This document shows, piece by piece, positions 50,556 to 60,409 of a stretch of 64,000 nt of DNA. The first letter of the stretch is position 1. Every line of letters starts with the position of its first letter. The notes beneath the pieces are model-generated. The model searched no databases. It worked only from the letters and a program-made list of their open reading frames with translations, and was not told where the DNA came from. The translations under genes were made by a program, and so were the position numbers. Source of the stretch: an uncultured Gemmatimonadales bacterium (GTDB lineage Bacteria > Gemmatimonadota > Gemmatimonadetes > Gemmatimonadales > GWC2-71-9); contig CAVSQW010000017.1 in the NCBI GenBank assembly GCA_963730185.1, forward strand, positions 57,780-121,779, read 5' to 3'.

Positions 50556-51842
50556 CCGGCGGCGAACGGCGACACCGGCCGGGCGGCGACGACGGACCAA
50601 ACGATCGTCATCCAGGACGGCCGGATCGCGTCGATCGGCCGCTCGGCGACGACGCCGGTGCCCCCCGGCACGCTGATCATGGACCTGGCCGGCAAGTCGG
50701 TGATTCCCGGACTCGTGATGGTTCACGAGCACCTGCACTATCCGACCGGGCCGGGCGTGTCCGGGAATCTCACCCAGTCGTTCTCGCGCCTCTACCTCGC
50801 CGGGGGCGTGACGTCGATGCGCACGGCCAGCAACATGAACGGCATCGGGGAGATCAAGCTCAAGCAGGCGATCGACGCCGGCGCCCAGGCCGGCCCGTGG
50901 ATCGACGCCACGGCGCCCTATCTCGAAGGGCGCCCCGGCATCGGTCTGGGCCAGGTCTACGAGATCGAGGACGCCGCCGACGCGCGGCGCCAGATCGCGT
51001 ATTGGACGAGCCTGGGCGCGACCTCGCTCAAGGCGTACCTGCACCTGACCCGGGCCGAGCTGCGCGCGGTGGTCGACGAGGGCCATCGGCGCGGGATGAA
51101 GGTCACCGGCCACCTCTGCTCGGTGACCTACCGCGAAGCGGCCGATCTCGGAATCGACAACCTCGAGCACGGACTCTTCGCGGCCACGGATTTCGTCGCG
51201 GGCAAGCGGCCCGACGTCTGCCCGGGCACGGGACTTGAGGCCCTCGCGGCCCTCGATGCCGACGCCCCCGCGGTGAAGTCCCTCATCCGGTACCTGGTCG
51301 ACAAGCAGGTGGCGCTCACCTCGACGCTCACGGTGCTGGGAGATCTTTGCGCCCGGTCGGCCGCTCCCGCCGGGCCTCGAGGTGCTCGACCCGCTGCTCC
51401 GAGACCAGTTCCTCCGAACCAAGGCGGCCATCGATCGCGACACCGGATCGATCTTCGCGGCGCTCTACCCGAAGCTGGCGAAGTGGGACGCCGACTTCTT
51501 CCGGGCCGGCGGGCTGCTGCTGGCCGGCACGGACCCGAGCGGCGTCGGCGGCGTGATCGCGGGCTACTCGGATCAGCGCGAGCTCGAGCTGCTGGTCGAG
51601 GCGGGACTCACTCCGCTCGAAGCGATCCAGGTCGCCACCGCGAACGGCGCCGCGTTCCTCGGCGCGGAGCGCTCGTGGGCTCGATCGCCGCCGGCAAGCA
51701 GGCCGATCTGGTCGTGATCGACGGCGACCCGTCCGCGCACATCGAAGACGTGCGCAAGGTGAGCCTCGTCTTCAAGCAGGGGGTCGGGTACGACCCGGCG
51801 AAGCTGATCGCTTCCGTCAAGGGCCGGGTGGGGCTCTTCTAG
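50555..51842 (+). CDS. Amidohydrolase family protein, N-terminus missing, apparent frameshifts near 51340 and 51670
   Basis: VIPGLVMVHEHL, GHL, LEHG, LAGTD, GKQADLVVIDGDP. Confidence 0.8.
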
Positions 51843-51892
51843 CGGGCGGATGAACCGGCGCGCACGCCGGTCTGGCGCGGTGGCCCGCCGGC

Positions 51893-52443
51893 GTGACCGG
51901 ACTCCGCGCCGATCGGACAGCGCGCCCCGGGCCCGTGACCGGCCGGCCCGGGCGCGCGACCCTGCGGCGCAGGCTCGTGACCGCGTGGCCGGGAGCACAG
52001 GCCGGCGGGTCACGGCGGCGGCCGCTCCGGCGTGCGCGGCTGTCCGGCGCGCCTGGCCGTCTGACGGCGCCGCCTGCGCCCGGAGCATCGCGGCCGGCGC
52101 CGGTGACGGCTGGGCCCGGGCTCGTGACCGCGCCCCCGAGCGGGGTGACGGAGTCGCCGTCGACCTGGACCGCCGGGAATGGACCTGTGATCCCTCGCCA
52201 GAGACGAGTGACGGTGCGGCCGACGCGGGTGACCATCCGACGGAGGCTCGAGGTCGTCCGGTCCGGGCGGGTGACCATTCGACGGCGGCACGAGGCCGTC
52301 CGCCCCAGGCGGGTGACCATTCGACGTCGGCACGAGGCCGTCCGCCCCGGGCGGGAGACCATCCGGCGGAGGCATGAGGATGTCCGGCCGAGGTGGGTGA
52401 CAGCGGCGCCGTGAGACCTGACCGGCCGCCGGCGACTCGTGAC
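51893..52443. repeat. 21/42-nt periodic repeat array anchored on GTGAC
   Basis: GTGAC-like cores at exact multiples of 21 nt (51893, 51935, 51977, 52103, 52124, 52145, 52208, 52229, 52271, 52313, 52397, 52439). Confidence 0.88.
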
Positions 52444-52568
52444 CACGCCGCAAACGGCTTCAGACGGTGGGAAACGCCTCGTTTTGGAACGGCCGGTGGA
52501 TCGACGGCCTTAGCCACGGTACTGGGAATCGCTTCCGAGCGGCCTCGCAACTGGTCCAATCACAATTA

Positions 52569-52605
52569 CATAGTGTCCACGGTGTCCCCAAAATAGGACA
52601 CTATG
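52569..52605. promoter_or_regulatory. Perfect 10-bp inverted repeat, candidate operator
   Basis: CATAGTGTCC-N17-GGACACTATG in an AT-richer patch. Confidence 0.55.
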
Positions 52606-53281
52606 GATGGTTCAGGCCGGCCTCGAACAGACACGGTCAGACCGTCCAGTTTTCAGGCAGGGCGCGAGCCGTGACAAGTCGTCGAGGTGGGGGCGCCCGC
52701 GACGATCTGGAGCATCGCGATCCCCTCGGCGACGGTGGCCTGTCCGGCCCCCGGGCGGGCCGAGGTGGGGTCGGTCCGGCCGGCATTGCGGGCCGGCGCC
52801 GGGCGGCGCCGCGGCGGAACGCCGCCGGCGGGAGCGACGGACCTGCCTAACGCGGGTGCCGGCCCGGCGTCCGGGGGCGGCGCCTCTCGGAAGCGGCGGC
52901 CGTCCCGGATTCCGTGCCTAACGCCGGTCCGGTCGTCCCGAGCCGGCCGGGTGGGCTCCGGTGGGGTGGGCGGCGGGGCCGGGTCTCGACGGTTGCGGCC
53001 GGCCGCCGAGGCGGGCCGCGAAGCGCGGGGTTTCCGGGGCGGGGCCGAAGCGAGGCGCAAGGCCGGCGGGGCGGGAGCGAGCGGGCGGCGGCGCCCCGGT
53101 CCACCGGTGTACAAAGGCGAGGCACCGCCGGGTCAGGCGGGTGTCGTGGCATATCGGTCGCATAGGGGCCCCGGCACGTCGGCTCGGCGGTCGGGGTGCC
53201 GGGTCGACAACGACCAACGCACGTGGCCGGCGCCCCGACCGACCGAGCCAAAGGAGGCAGCACGCACCACAGGAGGGTCGT

Positions 53282-54040
53282 ATGAAACGCCGCATCCGCA
53301 GGAAATTCGAGATGGCGGACCGGGTCCTGGTGTTCAACCAGAACCATCCGTCCACGGACTCCGGCCTGGCGCCGCTGTTCGACGGGCTCGCCGAGCGGGT
53401 GGCCCACGCCACGGTCCTGGAGCAGGCCAACGAGGAGGCCCGGAGCCGCGGGCGGGCCGGGAACCTCCGGCGGGGCCAGCTCCGCCGCCGGCTCACCGCC
53501 GGCCTGCTCCGGCTCATTGCCCAGGTCGGCCAGGCCGCGGCCCAGGAGGATCCGTCGCTGGCCGGGCTCTTCCAGCCGGTCCTGTGGAAGACGCCGGGGC
53601 GGTCCTTCAGCGCGGCCGCCGAGGCCCTGGTGGCGGCCGCCAAGGACCACCTGGACCTCCTGACCCGGCACGGGTTCACCCAGGCCCTGCTGGACGAGGC
53701 GACCGCCATGGTCACCGAGTACGCCCAGCTGACGGCGCAGGCCTCCGCGGCCCAACAGGCCCGGATCCAGGCCGGCGCGGAGCTGGAGCGGGTGGGCGGG
53801 GAGATCGGCGATCTGGTGTCCCGGATCGACGGCCTCAACCAGCACCGGTTCGGAGACGATCCCGAGGTGATGGCCGCGTGGAGGAGCGCCCGGAACATCA
53901 TCGGGCCTTCTCGCCCGGCGCACGGGACCGAGCCGGAGGTCGTGAACCCGGCTCCGGACCCGAGCCCGGCACCGGCGAACGGTCCGACCCCGCCGGAGGC
54001 CGCGTCGGAAGGTGAGGGCGATGTCCGAGAGGCGGCCTAG
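53282..54040 (+). CDS. Hypothetical alpha-helical protein with Pro-rich tail
   Basis: GGAGGG RBS, MKRRIRRKFEMADRV start, high-GC3 codon use. Confidence 0.78.
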   Translation: MKRRIRRKFEMADRVLVFNQNHPSTDSGLAPLFDGLAERVAHATVLEQANEEARSRGRAGNLRRGQLRRRLTAGLLRLIAQVGQAAAQEDPSLAGLFQPVLWKTPGRSFSAAAEALVAAAKDHLDLLTRHGFTQALLDEATAMVTEYAQLTAQASAAQQARIQAGAELERVGGEIGDLVSRIDGLNQHRFGDDPEVMAAWRSARNIIGPSRPAHGTEPEVVNPAPDPSPAPANGPTPPEAASEGEGDVREAA

Positions 54041-54046
54041 GGTGAA

Positions 54047-54127
54047 GGACGAGGGGGGCGGAAGACACCGGGTATGGCCGTCCCGCCCCCCTCGTCCACA
54101 TCCCTCCCCATCTCCCCCCATCCCTCC
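54047..54127. repeat. 15-bp inverted repeat plus three CATCCCTCCC-type units
   Basis: GGACGAGGGGGGCGG...CCGCCCCCCTCGTCC; same decamer as 48834-48935. Confidence 0.65.
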
Positions 54128-54168
54128 AAACCCGCACCGTTCCTCCGCACTGAAAGGAGCTCCACCCC

Positions 54169-55182
54169 ATGCGCGCTCTCGTCCTCTCCGGCGGCAGCAT
54201 CAAAGGCGCGTTCCAGGCCGGCGCCGTCGACTACCTCCTCCGGGCCGGCTACCGGCCCGACATCATCACCGGCATCTCGGTGGGCTCTCTCAACGGCGGC
54301 TATCTCGTGAGCCGGGCCACGCGGGCGGCCCGGGCGTCGGGCGGGGCGGTGGACTGGCCCGCGGTGGGCGCCGAGCTGGTCCGGTTCTGGCGCGAGCGGA
54401 TCACCGGGCCGGACGTGCTGCTCCAGCGCCGAGGCGTGTTCGACCTGGCCCTGAGGCTGGTGGGCAAGAACTGGGGCGGCCTGGTGAGCATGGACCGCCT
54501 CTACGCCCTGGTCCGCTCCGAGCTTTCGGCCGACGACTTCCGGGACCCGCCGGTGCGCTCTGGGTTCGGGGCGGTGAGCCTCGACACCGGGCGGATCGTC
54601 TACGCCCCGGCCGATCCCGGCACGGCGGACCAGGTGGTGGAGTACATCGTGGCCAGCACCCAGGAGCCGGTGACGATGCCGCTCTTCGAAGTGGGCGGCG
54701 AGTGGTTCTACGACGGCGGGGTGCGGGACCTGGCGCCGCTCAAGCAGGCGATCCGGCTGGGCGCGACGGAGATCGTGTGCGTGGCGTGCCAGCCGGCGGA
54801 CGTGGGGCCGCTCGGGGCCGGGTTCAACCGGGGGGATCCGATGGCGCTGGTGGGGCGGGTGCTCGAGATCGTGGAGAACGAGCTGTTGAACGGGGACCTG
54901 GAGACGTTGGTGGAGACGAACCGGCTGTTGGTTGAGGCCGGGGAGGTGCGGGCGCTGAAGGGGAAGCGGGTGATTCCGTTGCTGGTGGTCCGGCCGGCGG
55001 AGAAGATCGAGGTGGAGGTGACCGGGTTCGGGCCGGGGGACATCGAGCGGATGGTGGGGTTGGGGGCGGAGCGGGCGGGGGAGGTGGTGGGGCGGGCGAG
55101 GGGGGATCGGGGGGATCCGGGGTATCCGGTGGCGGTGGGGCTTGAAGGGGCCGCGATGGTGAGGGTTCGGCCGGCCGCGTAG
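54169..55182 (+). CDS. Patatin-like phospholipase
   Basis: LSGGSIKG, GISVG, YDGG; AAGGAG RBS. Confidence 0.92.
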   Translation: MRALVLSGGSIKGAFQAGAVDYLLRAGYRPDIITGISVGSLNGGYLVSRATRAARASGGAVDWPAVGAELVRFWRERITGPDVLLQRRGVFDLALRLVGKNWGGLVSMDRLYALVRSELSADDFRDPPVRSGFGAVSLDTGRIVYAPADPGTADQVVEYIVASTQEPVTMPLFEVGGEWFYDGGVRDLAPLKQAIRLGATEIVCVACQPADVGPLGAGFNRGDPMALVGRVLEIVENELLNGDLETLVETNRLLVEAGEVRALKGKRVIPLLVVRPAEKIEVEVTGFGPGDIERMVGLGAERAGEVVGRARGDRGDPGYPVAVGLEGAAMVRVRPAA

Positions 55183-55529
55183 ATGCCCTGCCTGGGCATG
55201 GGCGCGGGGCGTCCCGTCCATGCCCACTCTCCTTCAGGACCGGCCATGGGCGCTTGTCCTTCTGACCGGGCCTCCGATTGGGAATCGGGATGGCTGGCTG
55301 ATGGTTGACGGGATTATCCCGCGGCGTCTGCAGCGATACCAGTTTGGGCTGCATTGTAGATCCAGACAACTGGGCGCGGGTTGGGCCAGGAATCGGGCGT
55401 TTCGGAGCGACCGCCGGGTAGGGGGCGCGCCGGTGTGCAGGGCTAGCAGATTGGACGGCGCGCAGGTAGGGTTATCGGGGTTAGGTGGCGAGCCGGGGGT
55501 GTCCCTGGCTGGTCCAATACCTGTTAGGC
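55179..55529 (+). mobile_element. attI-like integron platform, copy 1
   Basis: ~350-bp non-coding repeat ending GGTCCAATACCT-GTTAGGC; similarity to copy 2 ends at the GTTRRRY core. Confidence 0.7.
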
Positions 55530-55566
55530 GTCGCCAAAACCCGGCGAGCGCCGAAGAGGAGTGTAT

Positions 55567-55927
55567 ATGGCAAATGAAAGGCCACAACCCGACCCTGCAG
55601 TCACGCTGTTGGAGAAATTGCTGGTGCTGCAGCTATACTCAATGGGAGCGCCAGGACAAGATCGCGAAGATCGTGGGCAGGCAAAAGCTGTGGGTCAATG
55701 CGCTCCTGAAGGAACTCCACGGGCAGGGGAGCGACGCGAGGGGCGCGGACGCAAGCGGTGATCTCGGGCGAGCGGTTGACCTGCTCGAGGACATAAAGCG
55801 CTTGTTGATACTTCAGCTAATGGCCAGCGGTGTCGGTGCTACTCAGATCGCGACTGCCCTTGGTGTGAATAAGAGCACAGTGAGCCGCCTTGTTCCAATG
55901 AGAGCCGTCCAACGCAGGACTTCGTAG
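55567..55927 (+). CDS. Cassette gene(s) with two small HTH units (apparent frameshift near 55650)
   Basis: LLEKLLVLQLYSMGA-QDKIAKIVG and IKRLLILQLMASGVGATQIATALGVNKSTVSR. Confidence 0.65.
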
Positions 55928-55953
55928 TACGCAGAGGGAAAGGATGTCCGCGC

Positions 55954-56145
55954 ATGGCCAAACGCTCTTCTGACAAGACGGATGAAGTGATCATGCTCCT
56001 CAAGCATCTGCTGGCGATCGAGCTTTGGCGCGCGGGCGTGTCGCAGTCAGCCATAAGGACACGATTGGGACTCGGCATGAACGTCGTGAGTCAAATGCTC
56101 AAAGGTGTGAATCGGCATGTTGACACTCAGGTAAGGCCCGACTAG
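55954..56145 (+). CDS. Small HTH protein, paralog of the preceding units
   Basis: LLKHLLAIELWRAGVSQSAIRTRLGLGMNVVSQML; AAGGA RBS. Confidence 0.72.
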   Translation: MAKRSSDKTDEVIMLLKHLLAIELWRAGVSQSAIRTRLGLGMNVVSQMLKGVNRHVDTQVRPD

Positions 56146-56147
56146 TC

Positions 56148-57036
56148 GTGCCTCTCAGCGTCGCGGATGTACGTGCGAACCTAAATGAAACAATCCGCCA
56201 CGCCGCCAGAATAATCGGCAGGTCGGCGGCTCGACTCAAGGTCTTCGAGGAGATCTACAGGGGCAAGAAGAGATTCAAGACAGCAGCTGAGCTTTTGCCA
56301 AGGCAACGGGGCTAAGCCAAGTGCGCGTGCTCCAAGAGGGCGGCAAACTTGCTGGCAACGGGATCGTGGAGCAGACCAAGGTCGACAGGCGGACGGCCTA
56401 CAAGAAGAAGGATCCGACCTACATCCATCACAAGAACGTGATAGTCGGCCTCTTCAACAACCCCGGCGGGAAGAGCAAGTACCCGACGAAGCAGGAACCT
56501 CGCCCGCAAGGTGGCACCTCCACACATCGAATCGTGGTCGCGAAGTCCCTTCCGCAGCCGCAGATCATCACGATCGGCGACATTGCGTCATTCTCCGCTG
56601 CCGGAGTGAGCACAAAGCCAAACCTCGCCACCGTTCCCGAAGAGCGTATCAAACGCTTCCTAAAACTCGTCATCGGGGAAAAGGCTGAATTCAAGGACTG
56701 GGGCGGCGAAAAGAACGACCTCTTTACTAACAAGCTTCTCTTTCGCGGAAGGCACGGACCGCGGCGTTGGCCATTAAGGACGCGACGAAGGGAACACTTC
56801 TCCGAGGTGGGAAGAACGGGGACCAAATCGGGCGGTTGATGTCTTCCGATGCCGACATCTTCTTTGTGGTCTATCATAGCAAGATCGACCAGAATGTGCT
56901 GGAACAAATGCGAGCCTATGCGCTCGGCCGGTCGATGTCTGGTCGACAGACGTACTACGGGAGCATTGACGGTCAGGACTTGAGTAGCCTCGTGGCGGGA
57001 CACCCAGCCGCCTGGCGTCGCTCGGCCCGGGTCTAA
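56148..57036 (+). CDS. wHTH plus restriction-endonuclease-like protein (apparent frameshifts near 56295 and 56760)
   Basis: KTAAEL-AKATGLSQVRVLQEG wHTH; EERIK..DWGGEKNDLF..AIK..GKNGDQIGRL. Confidence 0.62.
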
Positions 57037-57054
57037 AGTGCGGCCCGCGGCGAC

Positions 57055-57122
57055 ACCTAACACAGAATTGGAACTGGCGAAGCCGCTTCGCAGCTTCGCA
57101 GTTCAATTCTAGTTCGTTAGGT
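57055..57122 (+). mobile_element. Integron attC site
   Basis: ACCTAAC-N5-ATTGGAAC-TGGCGAAGC...GCTTCGCA-GTTCAAT-...-GTTAGGT, with R''/L''/L'/R' boxes and unpaired bases. Confidence 0.9.
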
Positions 57123-57177
57123 CGCCCAGGAAGGGATCCAATTCGGCCTTCTCCGCAAGTTCCGAGCGGTCGTCGGC

Positions 57178-57606
57178 ATGGCGCTGAGCTGGGGCGTGGC
57201 CTGGGTTCCGCTCTCGCTGGCCACTGTCACCGGCCTGTCGCTGCTTGGGGGTCGGTGGCCTGACGTTGCTCTCCTCAGGGCTGCCGCGATGGGCGGCCTG
57301 TTGGCGGGCGCTGCGAGCGGTGCGCTGTTCGGGGGCCTGTTAGCGTGGACAGAGCGCGGACGCACAGCGGCTGGGCTATCGCCCAGGCGTGTTGCTGGAC
57401 TCGGCGTGCTTGCCGGACTGGCTCCGGCTGGCCTCTGGGTCCTGCAGGCCGTCCTCCGCCACCCGGAGGCAGGGCAGGCTCTTGGAATGATCCTTGTCGA
57501 AGTCGTTGGGATCACGGGCGTTCTTGGGGCGGCCTGCGCCGGCGGTCTCCTCTGGGCGGCTCGGCGAGCGCCCGCGTTGCCTGGCGAAAGGTCTGCCCGG
57601 AGTTGA
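57178..57606 (+). CDS. Small 4-TM membrane protein (cassette)
   Basis: Hydrophobic helices; follows attC; true start probably slightly upstream. Confidence 0.68.
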   Translation: MALSWGVAWVPLSLATVTGLSLLGGRWPDVALLRAAAMGGLLAGAASGALFGGLLAWTERGRTAAGLSPRRVAGLGVLAGLAPAGLWVLQAVLRHPEAGQALGMILVEVVGITGVLGAACAGGLLWAARRAPALPGERSARS

Positions 57607-57905
57607 CGACAGACCTACCCCGGTCTGGTTGACACCTCACACCCCCTGACATTCGGGGACAACCAATGGCTCGCGAACGTCGGTCGTATGGAGTACCAGG
57701 ACGAAGCGGTACGACCGTTCCTGGAGTGGTTGCGGCTCCGCCGCAAGCGCCTTCCCCGCTGAAGTCCGATCTCCTAGGCCGAGAGCCGCGGAATCCGGTG
57801 ACTATTCGCGCTCAGTCCCCTGTGTGGTACCGTGGTGGTCCCGGGGGCCACCGCCGACGGCGCCCGCGGTGACGAGAGCGCCCACCGCTTCGGGAATTCG
57901 CGGTG

Positions 57906-58630
57906 ATGCGGAGGCAGATCCTTGCGAGCACTGGCGATGGTCTCTTTGGTCGTTCTCACCCTCCTGGCGTTGGCCGATCTCTGGTTGTTCAGGCGGCATG
58001 TCCGGCGTCAGAAGCTGGGAGAGCCGGCTAAGGTACTACCGGCAGCTTTTTGCTCGAGCTGTGGATTCCGACCGTAGCCGTGCTCGGATGGATGCTCGCT
58101 TTCGGCGTGTCGCCGCGCACGATGGGCTCGGTTGGCTGCGGCTCGAAGCGGTGATCCTCCCTCGCTCTCTGTCGTTGGCGGTCGTTGCGCTGGCCGTGGC
58201 ACTGATCGCTTACGGCGTGTTGGACCTGCTTCGACTGCTCCGTAGCTCCTCGTACCGTGCCTCGGTCAACGAGAAGCCTGCGATCAGGGGCCGTTCCCTC
58301 GTCGTCGGCGCAATCATGCCGGCGACGCCTTCGCAGCGGCGGCTCTACGGAGTCGTGGCGGTGTCGGCGGGAGTTACCGAGAGATTCTGTATCGCGGGTT
58401 TCTCGTGTACGTGCTCGCGAGCGGGCTTCCGGCCCTTGGCATCTGGGGAAGCGTGCTGGTCTCCTCGGCGCTCTTCGCCCTCGGCCACCTCTATCAGGGG
58501 CCATCGGGCATGATCCGGACCTTCGTCATCGGTCTCATCCTGTGCCTGATTTATCTGTAAGTGGTACGCTGGTGCTCGGTATGTCGTCCATACGCTGATC
58601 GATGGCGTTGGCGCGGTACCCCACCCCTCG
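57906..58630 (+). pseudogene. CPBP/CAAX (Abi) intramembrane metalloprotease, heavily frameshifted
   Basis: Across frames: AGVTE-EILYRGFL, LFALGHLYQG, HTLID; bounds approximate. Confidence 0.7.
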
Positions 58631-58689
58631 GACGCGGCCCGTCCCGGGATCATTGGTCCTGCAAGTTCGGCGGCAAGGTAGGGGACGAG

Positions 58690-59080
58690 GGAGGCTGGCA
58701 TGTGCTGTTCAGCCTCTGCAGCGTCCTCTTGCTCCTAGCCGTCAGCGTCTGACGCACCGCGGCGCCAAACGGTCGCTCCGAGGTCTGGCCGTGATGTTCG
58801 CCGGCAGCGCGGTGGTCGGCTTGGTGCTCTGGAACGCGTTTCCGATGCGCATGCGCGGCGCCGAGCGGTCGCTCACCGACACGATGCACCTGATCCTGGC
58901 GACCAACCCGTTCGTGTTGCTGAGCTTGGTGGTCGCCATCGCGGCATTCTCGAATGCCGGGGCCTTGGACATGAGCCAACCCACACCGTGGCTGGGCCTG
59001 ACGGAGAGGGTGGCGCAGTACAGCTACGAGGTATGGCAAGTGGCGGTGGCATTGGCGCTGTTGAAGCGGCCGGGCCTGAC
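58690..59080 (+). pseudogene. DUF998-like membrane protein fragment
   Basis: FPMRMRG..TDTMHL and PTPWLGLTERV motifs; no start; bounds approximate. Confidence 0.5.
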
Positions 59081-59199
59081 TGAGCAGGCGGCTCGCGCCC
59101 TCCGCATCCTAGGCCGAGCCGGCCGCGCGCCGGCAATCCTCCCGCGCCTTGTTGCGGTTGCCACAGTCGGCCATGCTGCACCACCGCCGCCTGCGGGGG

Positions 59200-59549
59200 G
59201 TAGATGCCCCGCCTGGGCATGGGCGCGGGGCGTCCCGTCCATGCCCACTCCCCTTCAGGACCGGCCATGGGCGCTCTTTCTTCTGACGGGACCTCGGATT
59301 GGGAATCTGAACGGCCGGCTGATGTTTGACGAGATTATCCGGCGGCGGCTGCAGTGATACCGGTTTGGGCTGAATTGCAGATCAGACAAGTGGGCGCGGG
59401 TCGGGCCAGGGACCGCGGCAGTTTCGGAGCGGCCGGCTGGCAGGAGGCGCCGCTGTCCAGGGCTAGCAGATTAGACGGCGCGCAGGTAGGGTTATCGGGG
59501 TTAGGTGGCGAGCCGGGGGTGTCCTTGGCTGGTCCAATACCTGTTGGGC
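59200..59549 (+). mobile_element. attI-like integron platform, copy 2
   Basis: Diverged duplicate of 55179-55529 ending GGTCCAATACCT-GTTGGGC. Confidence 0.7.
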
Positions 59550-59570
59550 GGCCTACCCGAGCACCCAGTC

Positions 59571-60407
59571 ATGGCGATTTCCCTATCTGACGCCCTTGCG
59601 GAGTTGAGCCCCCGGTACTTCGCCGACTACGTCCGTGTTGTAGGCCTGGCGCGTGATTATGCGGCAGACACGCTGCGCGACGCCATGCGGGCAGATCCGA
59701 ACGATGTCCGCCGCCGGCTACACCTCATCAATCTGATCGCCCTTGAGTACGCAGCCTACGAGGACGCTGCGGCCCTGCTCAAGTCATGGCTCGACTGGCG
59801 CGGAGCGAAGTGTCCCAACCCGATCGAGAGCCTCATGCGGTATCGGCCGGGCGAAGCGCGCCTCGACCTGGTCCTCGACGAATACGGCATTGTTGATGGC
59901 GAAGGCCTCTTCGATGCCCTCGGCGCCGCCGAATGGCTGCCGACGGACTGGCCGACCTGGTTTCCGGATCTGAATCTGGAGAAGACCGTCCGGGTCGGAT
60001 GCCGTTCTTAGCCCACGACTGTCGCCTCAACCAGAAGCGCCACGGCGTCGCGGCCTACAACAAGATCAAGCACGGCCTGGTTGTTGTCCCGTCAGCTGCC
60101 CGATACAAGCCTGAAATGCCGGATGTGCCGGCAGCAATCTTCCCGACTCCAGGGACACAGGACGCAGCGCCGCCTCATCCCCTTACGATCTATGCCTTTC
60201 CCAGCGACGACCCGCATCTTGACGAGCGGGGAGAGGCTTGTTCATTTCGTCGGGCGCACCCTCCGCCTGCTCGCGGCTTTGTACCTCCTCGCGCGGTACC
60301 CCGAGGAGGTGCGGCGCCTGTGGAGCGCAGGTGGCCTCGGGCTGTTTCGAGCTCGCGAGTCGGCCGATCTCCTTGAATTGATAAGCGAGGTGACTCTGCG
60401 AAAGTAG
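59571..60407 (+). CDS. Cassette hypothetical protein with YNKIKHG motif (apparent frameshifts near 60000 and 60230)
   Basis: Single gene between the GTTGGGC core and attC; stop immediately before R''. Confidence 0.7.
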
Positions 60408-60409
60408 CC

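Noticed and set aside
51893..52443. CRISPR array
   Set aside because: The conserved core is only ~5 nt, the period is 21 nt, the intervening sequences are related to each other, and there are no cas genes
52844..52925. Two GCCTAAC motifs as attC R'' sites
   Set aside because: No L boxes or matching GTTRRRY at a suitable distance, and they do not follow a gene
54037..55247. intI remnant on the minus strand next to the platforms
   Set aside because: Translations (MDGTPRAHAQ..., MPRQGIY...) show no tyrosine-recombinase motifs and overlap the patatin antisense
55220..55566. Coding N-terminus MPTLLQDRPW of the 235-aa ORF
   Set aside because: It is the attI-like repeat; the equivalent frame in copy 2 stops early
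59370..59385. LexA-like box CTGA-N8-TCAG
   Set aside because: Not the canonical CTGT/ACAG, and spacing differs in copy 1
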